Source: Dehalococcoidia bacterium (lineage in GTDB: Bacteria; Chloroflexota; Dehalococcoidia; Lucifugimonadales; UBA3495). From it: a stretch of 64,000 nucleotides of DNA. The stretch lies in NCBI GenBank assembly GCA_963664625.1, contig OY761541.1:2187670-2251669 (forward strand), given 5' to 3'. The notes beneath the pieces are model-generated. The model worked only from the letters and a program-made list of their open reading frames with translations, searched no databases and was not told the origin of the DNA. Positions 38,761-48,083 of the stretch are shown here, piece after piece. Position 1 is the first letter of the stretch, and each line of letters begins with the position of its first letter. The position numbers and the translations under genes are program-made.

Positions 38761-40800
38761 CTACGGCACCAGTCCGAAAAACCGGCGTGGCGGTGCCACT
38801 TTTTGCCCTAAGAAGTCTTCCAACAGGTTCCTTTTCATGGCTATTTGGTCGGAAACGCTGGCGGTGTCGTCCAGTATCCAATCGGGAATGTCGGCCTTGG
38901 TCTGACGAGAAGTAATCGGCTCGACACCGACGATTACCAAGTTGCCGGATAGTGCCCAACTGCCTACAGCAGGACGCCGGTCCTTACTGTACTTGTCGCG
39001 GTGCAACAGGTTCTCCAGAACCATCCGGGGTCTGTCGAAAGCACGGTTCTGATACTCGTCCAGTGTCATGGGAGAGCACCACTCCGGGACTCTCGAATTC
39101 TCAGGAAGGTTCCGCTCGATTATCCGGCACAGGACTGTCGAAGATAGTTCAAGGACGTCCAGTCCCTCTTGTTTGTGTTCCGCGATTGCGTCCAATTCGC
39201 TTATAACATGGGCAAGGTATTCACTGTAAAGACCTGTGGTCAGCCGATCGCGTATGGCCGCCACTGACCTTTGAAGTCGGCGACGGGATGATGGGTCGTC
39301 GCCAGGTAATGAGGTGCGGGTGTAGATCATCAGGCATCGCTTGATGATTTCGGCGGGGAAATTGCGTGCCTCGGCATTCATGGATATGGCGAAGCATGGA
39401 TACTCGGCGTCATGAACCGTTTCGTCTTTAATTATCTCCGGTGCGTGACGATTGAAACGGTCTCTGGTCACGTCATCGAATACTATTGGGAATCGCAAGA
39501 AGTTCTGCTGCAATCCGCGCAAGCTGCTGCGCGTGAAAGCCTGCGTATCAACAATCTTGGGATGGCCGAACATCGAAACAAGCAGGGTCTCAATGAGGCT
39601 GCTCTTCCCGCAGTTGCTCTGGCCGTAGAGGACAGCGAACATGGGTTGATCGAAGCTGAAATTGCCCTGCCTGAGCGCGGAGTTTCGCAGGTCACACATC
39701 AGTGGGGCGAAGTAAAACCAGCACATAAATGTGAAGTAGTCGCGTTGCAACCGTGGAACGTCCCCAACAAACCCGTTTTCATAGTTCTCGAAAAACTCCA
39801 GGAACGCCGCCACATCGTTGCGAACGTCTTCCGGGCTTGCACCCAGGCTGATGTCTGTACCCGACAGGTTGAAGTGGTCACCGTTTCGGGTAAGAAATGT
39901 TTTCGGGGCTTCATCGTCTTTTCTGGTGATGGCAGTGCGGATAATCTCCCGCACTACTCGCGGCAATAGCTTGACGTTGCCGTCGCGGTCGGGGCGAATG
40001 TCGGCCAACGCCTGCCGGCGCACAGGACGGATTCGTTCAACGGTCTGCAACACTTGCGGTATGCTGAATTCAACCGTGTCGTCCGGCTCGGCGGGGACGT
40101 AAATGGTTACGCCATCAGCATGGGATTCCGCATCTTTGAGCACGGGAGTTTCCTCTAACGGCAAACTCTCGACGGCGATGGGTTTCTCTCTAAGGGGCAG
40201 GCTGCTGGTGGCGGTCTCGCGTACCGCCTCGTACTGGGCGCAGTAGTGCTGCCATGCTTCTTCGTCGTTGTCGAATACGATTAGGGTTTCTGCTTGACGC
40301 CCCGAAAAGGCTGTCTCCGACAAGTTGGCGGAGCCGACGATTACCCGTCGCAGTTCCGGTCGCTCAAGCAGATAGATTTTTGCGTGGGCGATGGCGTCCT
40401 TCACCACGTAGAACCTGGCAGTACCAGCGGCGGCCCGGTCGTAAATCAGGCGGCGTCGTTCCTCGGACATTCCCTTGATGCCAACGAACCCCTTGTTCAG
40501 CTTTTCGTCCACCACGCTTTGAAAGGACAATATGGCATCCACGTCACGCGGCAATATGCCGCCGTGACCAAAGACACACTCGAAATCTTGGAAGTCACAA
40601 TCTCTTAGCAGTGTCAGAATCATTGGGATGCTGGCGGTATAGGTGAGAGCCCGCATGGAGGTGAAATTGTGGAAAAGGCCGGGGTCAAACCGGCCTACAG
40701 ATTCAGCGCGTGCATAGACGACTTCCAGCGTATTGCTGCGAGTGCGAGACTCGGGGTCATCGAATTCAAAACCGGGCTGTGATTGACTCATTCTAGCCAT
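38761..40800 (-). CDS. single-HKD PLD-family nuclease fused to P-loop NTPase (candidate defence/selfish-element protein)
   Basis: HKD motif AHAKIYLLERPELRRVIVGSANLS (H139/K141 .. GSxN). Walker A LYGQSNCGKSSL (~393-401). Walker B PIVFDDV (~438-443). Composition is lower in GC than the flanks by eye. Confidence 0.75.
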   Translation of the reverse strand: MARMSQSQPGFEFDDPESRTRSNTLEVVYARAESVGRFDPGLFHNFTSMRALTYTASIPMILTLLRDCDFQDFECVFGHGGILPRDVDAILSFQSVVDEKLNKGFVGIKGMSEERRRLIYDRAAAGTARFYVVKDAIAHAKIYLLERPELRRVIVGSANLSETAFSGRQAETLIVFDNDEEAWQHYCAQYEAVRETATSSLPLREKPIAVESLPLEETPVLKDAESHADGVTIYVPAEPDDTVEFSIPQVLQTVERIRPVRRQALADIRPDRDGNVKLLPRVVREIIRTAITRKDDEAPKTFLTRNGDHFNLSGTDISLGASPEDVRNDVAAFLEFFENYENGFVGDVPRLQRDYFTFMCWFYFAPLMCDLRNSALRQGNFSFDQPMFAVLYGQSNCGKSSLIETLLVSMFGHPKIVDTQAFTRSSLRGLQQNFLRFPIVFDDVTRDRFNRHAPEIIKDETVHDAEYPCFAISMNAEARNFPAEIIKRCLMIYTRTSLPGDDPSSRRRLQRSVAAIRDRLTTGLYSEYLAHVISELDAIAEHKQEGLDVLELSSTVLCRIIERNLPENSRVPEWCSPMTLDEYQNRAFDRPRMVLENLLHRDKYSKDRRPAVGSWALSGNLVIVGVEPITSRQTKADIPDWILDDTASVSDQIAMKRNLLEDFLGQKVAPPRRFFGLVP

Positions 40801-41106
40801 TTTGGCTGATTAGTAGTCCACCATGCTAGGGAAAACTCAGAAGATAATGTAAGGACGTTATATTCTTCGGTCAGACGGTCCACTGCGTTTCGTCAATGGT
40901 TATACTTTCTGAATGGTCAACCTCCTTCGAGAAGGTGACTTGCCTCACCCCGGCAGCAGTCTATCCAAAGAGTCAACGAAACTGGCGACCTGCCCTAGCC
41001 GCATGGTCACACCGTCCCGGTCCAGCGTATCCTCGCCCAAGTATTCCCGGCTGCGTCCTGGTAGGTCTGTTCCCTTTGCATTGCCCCTCTCCCTTTCGGA
41101 CGGCTT

Positions 41107-41652
41107 CTACGCCCGTCCCGTAAGCAACCCCACAATCTCCGGCGCGTAATCGTGGGCCATCTGCTGCACCTCGGCGACGCTGCGGATTGCCAGCGGGCTG
41201 GGCAGCGTGACTATGCGGGCGCCGGGCATTCCCAGTATGGCGCAACGGGCTTGGGCGGCCCGCGTAAAGGCGCTGGTTATGACGCTGACTGACGGCACTC
41301 CCTTGGATTCGGTGGCTACTGTGTCGTGGAGACCCCACGTCGTGCAGGACCCTCAATCAGCCACGCCGTGGACCACCACGTCGCACTCGTTTATGAGAGA
41401 GTCGAGGGTTTCCACGGCGCACGGGGCGCTGTAGCTGTACTTGGTGGCGTACACCACTTTCTTCGCCCCGTACTCCCCGACCAGCACCTGCTGAAGCTCT
41501 CGCAAAAAGGAGTCGGCGTGGTACTTCCGGTTTTCCAGTAGCCCAATGGTCTTGCCTTCCAGCCCCGGCAGGTTGGGACTCAGGCCAAGCTCCTCGGGTA
41601 CGTCCTCCGCACGAGGGTCCAGTATTTCGATGGTGGAAGTCATGTCCGCCAT
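41107..41652 (-). CDS. UGSC-family selenoprotein (in-frame TGA = Sec at 41353..41355)
   Basis: Two same-frame ORFs (41353..41667 and 41107..41298) join through the TGA: ..VVVHGVAD-U-GSCTTWGLHDTVATESKGVPSVSVITSAF... ATG 41652 follows GGAGG. A SECIS-like hairpin lies 13 nt downstream. Confidence 0.75.
41325..41339 (-). other. candidate bacterial SECIS apical hairpin
   Basis: mRNA CGUGG-GGUCU-CCACG. The loop begins with GGU about 18 nt after the UGA. Confidence 0.45.
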
Positions 41653-41963
41653 GTTCAGCACCTCCAATAACGCTTGCCCTGGTGGGTTTCCCGCCCCCGC
41701 ATCCGCGAGGGCAGGCTCTTCGCGGGAAGACAGGAATGGGGACGGGCAACCAAGTCGTTGATTCGTGGTGATACGTTATTGTAGACAGGGCAAAATGTCC
41801 AGTAAAAGCGGGACGATCGGAGGGCCTTTCGATTCTTCGTCTGCACTGTGATTCATGGGATTGATGGATTGCCATGATTCGGAAAATCATGGTAATCCGG
41901 GAATCAAAGAAATCACAGTTCAGATAATTACCCCAAGGACCGAAGAGAGAACAGGGCGGCCGG

Positions 41964-43100
41964 CTACCCGGCCATCTGGAAGTATTTGCCCTCGGTCTTG
42001 ATGGAGGGGGCGATCACCATTTCCGCCTTGTGGAAGTCGCGGACGGTGTACGCGCCGCACATTCCCATGGACACTCGCAGGGCGCCAACCAGGTTCTGGG
42101 TGCCGTCGGTGCGGCTGCTGGGGCCGTACAGGATCTGTTGGAGAGGCCCCTTGGTGCCTACCTTGATGCGGGTGCCCCGGGGCAGTTCAGGATGGGCGTT
42201 GGCCATTCCCCAGTTGTAGCCGCGGCCCGGCGCCTCTTCCGCTTGGGCGAAGGGGGTGCCCAGCATCACGCCGTCGGCGCCGCTGGCTATGGCCTTGCAA
42301 ACATCCCCCCCGGTGCGCAGTCCTCCGTCGGTGATGACGGTGACGTAGCGGCCGGTGCGGCGGAAATAGTCTTCCCTGGCGGCCGCGCATTCCAGGGTGG
42401 CGGTCACTTGGGGTATACCCACCCCGGTAACCTCGCGGGTGGTGCAGGCCGCGCCAGGTCCCACGCCGACCAGGATGCCGTCAATGCCGGTCTGCATCAA
42501 TTCTTGGGCTACGTTGTAGGTAACGCAGTTGCCCACCACCACCGGCACCTTCAGGGCGTCGATCAGTTCGGAGAACACCAGCCCCCGGTAGCTGCGGGAC
42601 ATGTGCCTGGCGGTGGTGACGGTGGACTGGACCACTACGATGTCCGCGCCGGCCTCCACGGCCACCGGGGACATTCGCTTGGTTGTCTGGGGGGTGAACG
42701 AAACGGCGCACACTGCGCCGGACCTGCGGATTTCCTGGACGCGCTCACCGATAAGGTTTTCTTGGATCGGCTCGGAGTAGACCTGTTGCAGGTGCCCGGT
42801 GACCTCCTCCTGGGGCATGGAGGTAAGCTCTTCAAGCACTGAGTAGGGGTCTTCGTAGCGAGTGTACAGGCCTTCGGCGTTCAACACCCCAAGGCCGCCC
42901 ATCTGGTGCATCAAGGTCGCAAAGCGGGGCGACACCGCTCCGTCCATCGCGGACGCAACAACGGGTATGTCGAAAGCCCTGTCGCCGATGGTCATCTTGG
43001 TCGAGGTCAGGTCCGGGTTGATGGTAACCTCGCCAGGAACGATCGCAACCTCGTCAAAGCCGTAAGACCTTTCCAACTCTTTGAACAGGCGCCTCGGCAT
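41964..43100 (-). CDS. GuaB3-type IMP dehydrogenase-related protein (no CBS pair)
   Basis: YGFDEVAIVPGEVT, VVASAMDGAVSP, GVGPGAACTTREVTGVGIPQ, ITDGGLRTGGDVCKAIASGADGVMLG. 378 aa. Confidence 0.85.
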   Translation of the reverse strand: MPRRLFKELERSYGFDEVAIVPGEVTINPDLTSTKMTIGDRAFDIPVVASAMDGAVSPRFATLMHQMGGLGVLNAEGLYTRYEDPYSVLEELTSMPQEEVTGHLQQVYSEPIQENLIGERVQEIRRSGAVCAVSFTPQTTKRMSPVAVEAGADIVVVQSTVTTARHMSRSYRGLVFSELIDALKVPVVVGNCVTYNVAQELMQTGIDGILVGVGPGAACTTREVTGVGIPQVTATLECAAAREDYFRRTGRYVTVITDGGLRTGGDVCKAIASGADGVMLGTPFAQAEEAPGRGYNWGMANAHPELPRGTRIKVGTKGPLQQILYGPSSRTDGTQNLVGALRVSMGMCGAYTVRDFHKAEMVIAPSIKTEGKYFQMAG

Positions 43101-43263
43101 CCCTTCATACCTCGACTGAAGTCTTATTTTAGGTTGCGGCTGACTCTATCAGGAACTCGGCCATCAAGTCAACGGAAATAGGATGGCTTGGATGGCATGT
43201 TTCCATTCGGTCTCGTGGACCGAATAAAATCGGCCAATTCTCAAACAAGTTAGCGTTTGACTC

Positions 43264-43292
43264 TTGCCAGGTTGTGAAAAATAGTGCATACT
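43264..43292 (+). promoter_or_regulatory. candidate sigma70-type promoter for the 5S rRNA
   Basis: TTGCCA-17 nt-CATACT, ending about 17 nt before the mature 5' end. Confidence 0.3.
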
Positions 43293-43308
43293 TCAATACG
43301 ACGGTACT

Positions 43309-43426
43309 TCCTGGTGGTTTGAGCGTGGCGGACCCACCCGTTCCCATCCCGAACACGGTAGTGAAACGCCTCAGCGCCGACGATACTGCCTTGGTAACGG
43401 GGTGGGAAAATAGGTCACCGCCGGGG
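43309..43426 (+). rRNA. rrf: 5S ribosomal RNA (stand-alone, no 23S/16S nearby)
   Basis: Conserved core ..CACCCGUUCCCAUCCCGAACACGGUAGUGAAACGCCUCAGCGCCGACGAUACUG..AAUAGGUCACCGCC... Terminal helix CCUGGUGG/CCGCCGGG. Confidence 0.9.
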
Positions 43427-43576
43427 GGTATGTCGTAACCGCAACTTACATCTGCTTAAAACCACGGCCTTGGCGGAGAAGTCTATACCACTGATGGAAC
43501 GCCAGGGTCGGTCTGCCGCCATTCTTCCCGACTTCTAATGTTGGCGGTTATGTAATTTTAGTGGCGGTTTTGCAAC

Positions 43577-43606
43577 TTTACACGATACTTGCCTGTAAAC
43601 TATAAT
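43577..43606 (+). promoter_or_regulatory. candidate sigma70-type promoter for clpC
   Basis: TTTACA-18 nt-TATAAT, about 100 nt upstream of ATG 43707. Confidence 0.4.
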
Positions 43607-43706
43607 CGGCGAATGTTCGTTGGCACACCTCGCGTTGTTCCGAGTCGCAGGCGGCGGAGCAGCAGGACTGAGTAACTCTCCAGCTTCATCACCAGGAGCA
43701 TTTGTT

Positions 43707-46193
43707 ATGGGAAGTCGGTTCGAGAAATTCTCCGAGAGAGCCCGCCGGGTTTTATCGTTGGCGCAGGAGGAAGCCCAGCGATTCAACCATAACTATATTG
43801 GCACCGAGCATATTCTGTTGGGGTTGGTACGGGAGACCGAGGGCGTCGCCGCCCGGGTCCTGTCCAGCCTGACCGTGGACCTCAGCAAGGTTCGCTCTGC
43901 CGTTGAGTTCATCATCGGGCGCGGCGAGAAGCCGGCCCAAGGGGAGATCGGGCTGACCCCGCGCGCCAAGAAGGTAGTGGAGTTGGCCGTCGACGAAGCC
44001 CGCCGGATGAACCACACCTATATAGGGACTGAACACCTGCTGATTGGCTTGCTCCGCGAAGGAGAGGGCGTGGCCGCCGGAGTGCTGGAAAGCTTGGGGG
44101 TCACTCTTGACAAGGTGCGGGCGGAGACCCACCGCATTTTGAGCCACAGCGCCGGCGCCGGTACTCAAGGCTCTCGCACTACTTCCCGTACTCCTACGCT
44201 TGACCAGTTGGGCGTTGACCTGACGGTGGCCGCCAGGTCCGACAAGCTCGACCCGGTTGTGGGACGGGAACAGGAAATCCAGCGGGTGATACAGATACTC
44301 AGCCGCCGCACCAAGAACAACCCCGTCCTGGTGGGCGAACCGGGCGTCGGCAAGACCGCCATCGTAGAGGCTTTGGCCCAGCGCATCGGCGGCGGAGAAG
44401 TGCCGGAGACCCTGCAAGGCAAGCGTCTCGTCACGCTGGACATGGGGGCTTTGGTGGCGGGCACCAAGTACCGCGGCGAGTTCGAGGAACGCCTCAAGAA
44501 GGTCATTGACGAGATCAAGACGTCCGGCAACTGCGTGTTGTTCATCGACGAGGTGCACACCATCGTGGGAGCAGGGGCCGCTGAGGGCGCAGTCGATGCG
44601 TCCAACATCCTCAAGCCGTCGCTGGCCAGGGGAGAGCTCCAGTGCATCGGCGCCACCACCCTGGACGACTATCGCAAGTACGTTGAGAGAGACCCGGCCT
44701 TGGAGCGAAGGTTGCAGCCTGTCCGGGTGGAAGAGCCCACCAGTGACGAGACCATCCAGATTCTCCAGGGCGTCAAGGGACGCTACGAAGACCACCATAA
44801 GGTGGACTTCACTGACGAAGCGATACGGAACGCCGCCGTGTTGGCAGCGCGGTTCATCTCCGACCGCTTCCTTCCTGACAAGGCCATAGACCTGATCGAC
44901 GAGGCCGGCTCCCGTGTACGCCTGCGGGGCAGCGTTACCCCGGCATCGGTGAAAGACGCGATGCAGGTGCTGGAGGAGGTCCGAAAGGAAAAGGACGAGG
45001 CCATCGCCTCTCAGCAGTATGAAGCCGCCGCCGAGTTGCGCGACCGCGAATTGCGCCACAATGCCGACCTGAACAACCTGGAAAAGGAGTGGCAGGAAGG
45101 CCGCGGCAAGGACCGGCCGGTGGTCACCGAAGATGACATCGCCGAAGTGGTGAGCATGTGGACCGGCATCCCGGTGACGCGGCTCGCCCAGGAAGAGACC
45201 GACCGCTTGCTTCGCATGGAGCAGGAAATCCACAAGCGCATCATAGGCCAGGACGAAGCTATCGTCGGCATCGCCAAGTCGGTGCGAAGAGCCAGGGCGG
45301 GCCTGAAAGACCCCCGGCGTCCCATCGGCGTGTTCCTGTTCCTGGGTCCCACCGGCGTCGGCAAGACCGAGTTGGTAAGGGCGATGGCCGAGTTCATGTT
45401 CGGCGACGAAGATACCATGATCCGGCTGGATATGTCCGAGTTCCAGGAGCGGCACACGGTGGCCCGGCTTATCGGCGCTCCTCCGGGTTACGTTGGCTAC
45501 GACGAGGGCGGCCAGTTGACCGAGGGCGTCCGCCGGAAGAACTACTGCGTGGTGTTGCTGGACGAGATAGAGAAGGCCCACCCCGAGGTCTTCAACATCC
45601 TCCTGCAGATTTTCGACGCCGGCACTTTGACCGACGCCAGGGGCCGCAAGGTTGACTTCCGGAACTCCATACTGGTGATGACCAGCAACCTTGGCTCCGA
45701 CCTGATCAAGCGGGAGACCAACCTGGGCTTCAGCATCAAGACCGACCAAGCCCAGACCGAGGAGAGCTCCTACCAGCGGATGAAGGACAAGGTGATGGAC
45801 GAGGTGCGACGCTTCTTCCGTCCCGAGTTCCTCAACCGCATCGACGCTACGGTGGTGTTCCACCAGCTCAACCGGGCGGAAATCCTGTCCATCGTGGAAC
45901 TTATGATAGGACAGGTCCGGAAAGAGCTGGACGAGAAGAAGATTGCCCTTGAGATAACCGAGGCAGCCCGGGAGCACTTGGGAGAAAAGGGGTTCGACCC
46001 GGTAATGGGCGCCCGCCCGTTGCGTAGGCTGATCCAGAACGTGGTCGAAGACAACCTGTCGGAAGAGGTGCTCAGCGGACGGTTGAGCGCCGGGGACACC
46101 GCGTTGATCGATGTGGAAGAGGGAGAGGTCGTGATTCGCAACAAATCAAAAATGGATGCGGAGATACCCGCTGAAGCTGCTACCCCCGCATAG
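43707..46193 (+). CDS. clpC: ATP-dependent Clp protease ATP-binding subunit ClpC
   Basis: ATG 43707 follows AGGAG. Double Clp_N ([40 protein letters not shown]), two AAA+ modules ([18 protein letters not shown]), UVR-like linker. Confidence 0.95.
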   Translation: MGSRFEKFSERARRVLSLAQEEAQRFNHNYIGTEHILLGLVRETEGVAARVLSSLTVDLSKVRSAVEFIIGRGEKPAQGEIGLTPRAKKVVELAVDEARRMNHTYIGTEHLLIGLLREGEGVAAGVLESLGVTLDKVRAETHRILSHSAGAGTQGSRTTSRTPTLDQLGVDLTVAARSDKLDPVVGREQEIQRVIQILSRRTKNNPVLVGEPGVGKTAIVEALAQRIGGGEVPETLQGKRLVTLDMGALVAGTKYRGEFEERLKKVIDEIKTSGNCVLFIDEVHTIVGAGAAEGAVDASNILKPSLARGELQCIGATTLDDYRKYVERDPALERRLQPVRVEEPTSDETIQILQGVKGRYEDHHKVDFTDEAIRNAAVLAARFISDRFLPDKAIDLIDEAGSRVRLRGSVTPASVKDAMQVLEEVRKEKDEAIASQQYEAAAELRDRELRHNADLNNLEKEWQEGRGKDRPVVTEDDIAEVVSMWTGIPVTRLAQEETDRLLRMEQEIHKRIIGQDEAIVGIAKSVRRARAGLKDPRRPIGVFLFLGPTGVGKTELVRAMAEFMFGDEDTMIRLDMSEFQERHTVARLIGAPPGYVGYDEGGQLTEGVRRKNYCVVLLDEIEKAHPEVFNILLQIFDAGTLTDARGRKVDFRNSILVMTSNLGSDLIKRETNLGFSIKTDQAQTEESSYQRMKDKVMDEVRRFFRPEFLNRIDATVVFHQLNRAEILSIVELMIGQVRKELDEKKIALEITEAAREHLGEKGFDPVMGARPLRRLIQNVVEDNLSEEVLSGRLSAGDTALIDVEEGEVVIRNKSKMDAEIPAEAATPA

Positions 46194-46234
46194 TCCGTAT
46201 CCCACGTCTTCCCCGTGAAGCTTGCCCCCGGCGC

Positions 46235-46259
46235 GGATTCCCGCGCAGGCGGGAATGAC
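46235..46259 (-). repeat. REP-like repeat, copy 8
   Basis: ggattcccgcgcaggcgggaatgac. Confidence 0.9.
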
Positions 46260-46268
46260 GGTTGACAG

Positions 46269-46298
46269 AAGGCCCCGCCAGCGCGGGGCCTTTCGATT
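46269..46298 (+). terminator. hairpin terminator after clpC (member of a second repeat family)
   Basis: aaggccccgc-cagc-gcggggcctt followed by tcgatt. A near-identical hairpin lies at 52601..52630. Confidence 0.45.
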
Positions 46299-46444
46299 AG
46301 GGCAGGCGGCGGGAAACTATATAGTCTTGCCAAGAGAAGTGCCTGCCCCTGTGGAGACGGGGGTTGCCAAACGAAAAAGGATGATCGGATGGGATAAGTA
46401 ATGCGCCGCCAGGCGCTTCGCGTCCAGAGCCGTGGCTGGAAAGA

Positions 46445-47695
46445 TTGCTGGTTGTATCCCTCTTGGTGATGTTGAACCTGCCGGCAGTCTTGACTGGCGT
46501 CACCGGAATGGACCAGTACGGGTTCTTCACCCTTGACCCGGTGGCGGGCCGGCCGTGGCCGCTGCTTCTTTCCCTTGCGCTGGGCTCCGCCTCCGCCGGA
46601 GCGGGTTATCTCGCCTACCGCCTGTTGCGGCGGCGGGCTTGGTTCGTCGGCAACCGGTACGAGGCTTACCACCACAACGCAGTGGTCTTCGGAACGCCGG
46701 TCGCTGTTGCTTTCCTCCCGGTGTTCTTTCTTACCGGTTACGACAACAAGCCCCTCGTGGTGGGCGTGGCCGGAATCATGGCGACTTCGCTGTGCCTCAT
46801 TGCCGCCCTCAACGACCACAAAATCCGTATCGACGCCGCAATGGCCCGCGCGTTGTTCGTTGTCGGCGCCGCCATCATCCTGGTATTGCTGGCCCTGTCC
46901 GTATCGGGGATGCTGGCGATGTATTTCATTGAGCACTCGCCTTCCGGCGGCAACTTTTTCTGGACTTGGGAGTTCGCTTGGAGCGATTTGGGCTACCCGG
47001 CGGAAGAATTCAGCCAGCGGCATCGAAACGGCCTGTTGGCTTTCGGCGTCGCCGGGACCGTCTACATGACCGTCGCCCTCGGCGCCCCCTTGCTGGGAGA
47101 AGTCCTGAGCTTGTCGCAGCGCAAGCCGGGGAAGGGCGCCGTTCCGGTAACGGCGGCAGCGGCGCTCTCCGAACAGCCGGAGACGTTCCCGGACCTGCCG
47201 GATGCCGTAGAAGCCCAGTCTCAGGACCCGCCGGAGTTTGTGGCCGTGCTGGACGGGCGCGAGGAGGAAATCGACCGGGGCCATTACGAAAACCTGCTTG
47301 CCGAGAAAGACCGCCTTCTGCCCGACACCAAGCTGCTGGTGGACAAAATCTCCGGGGACGTGTTCGCCAAGGTTGGCGGTTCCTGGAGAAAAATTGTTTT
47401 CCGAAAGCGGCAGGCGCCGTTCCAGTTGCTGTGCGTTTACGCCCGGCATCCGGGAAGGCGGTTCACCGTCCAGGAGCTGGAAGCGCTGCTGTGGATGGAG
47501 TTGCCGGAACGGTCGGACTTCAACGTCAACGACCTTTTAGCCCAATTGCAGAGGAAGCCCCACGTCCCCGTCGAGCGTGACGAGGACGGCTCTTACATTC
47601 CCGAATCGGTCAGGGTCTGTTTCCTGGACTACCAGCCCTGCCCTGCCAACGACTCCCCCACCCCGGATGTTTCAATGCCCGCATCGTTATCATAG
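46445..47695 (+). CDS. polytopic membrane protein with C-terminal OmpR/PhoB-type winged-helix DNA-binding domain
   Basis: The N-terminal ~220 aa hold 5-6 hydrophobic helices. The C-terminus FQLLCVYARHPGRRFTVQELEALLWMELPERSDFNVNDLLAQLQRK matches the trans_reg_C pattern (LL..La..pG..vs.eeL...lW....). The start is uncertain (TTG 46445 or ATG 46508). Confidence 0.65.
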   Translation: MLVVSLLVMLNLPAVLTGVTGMDQYGFFTLDPVAGRPWPLLLSLALGSASAGAGYLAYRLLRRRAWFVGNRYEAYHHNAVVFGTPVAVAFLPVFFLTGYDNKPLVVGVAGIMATSLCLIAALNDHKIRIDAAMARALFVVGAAIILVLLALSVSGMLAMYFIEHSPSGGNFFWTWEFAWSDLGYPAEEFSQRHRNGLLAFGVAGTVYMTVALGAPLLGEVLSLSQRKPGKGAVPVTAAAALSEQPETFPDLPDAVEAQSQDPPEFVAVLDGREEEIDRGHYENLLAEKDRLLPDTKLLVDKISGDVFAKVGGSWRKIVFRKRQAPFQLLCVYARHPGRRFTVQELEALLWMELPERSDFNVNDLLAQLQRKPHVPVERDEDGSYIPESVRVCFLDYQPCPANDSPTPDVSMPASLS

Positions 47696-47728
47696 CGTAA
47701 TCATAGAGAAATCATAGTGTAATCATAG
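47689..47728 (+). promoter_or_regulatory. array of four ATCATAG direct repeats at 11-bp spacing (candidate winged-helix operator)
   Basis: ATCATAG at 47689, 47700, 47711 and 47722. The first overlaps the TAG stop of 46445..47695. Confidence 0.55.
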
Positions 47729-48083
47729 TTGTACCCCTCTTTACGGATACTATTACGGTGGTTAGGGTAGAGCTATCAGTCGGGGCTTCCTGGTATGACG
47801 ACGTCGCCTCCGTCGCTATTCCGCGTGTTGCCTCCGCCGTAACGGCCCAGCCCAAGCCCTGGGCCGGGCATTAAGTTTTTGGGATGCGCTTATGCAAGTG
47901 AATCTTGCGCTTAGTGAAACAGTTAGGCTATCAATTGAGAGGGGGAATCCCATTCGATAGCTTCGTTCATTTAATCGAAACCGCCCGCCAAGCCAATGTC
48001 CGCGGGTGACGTCCGCTGCTTCCTCCGGTAAATCGTTGATGCGGGGCGGGTGATTCTACAAGGAGAACGAAGGAGAAAACGTT

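Noticed and set aside
40973-41356. 127-aa minus-strand ORF overlapping the 3' half of the UGSC gene
   Set aside because: It is in a different frame from the motif-bearing UGSC reading frame and is Arg/Gly/His-rich with no motifs.
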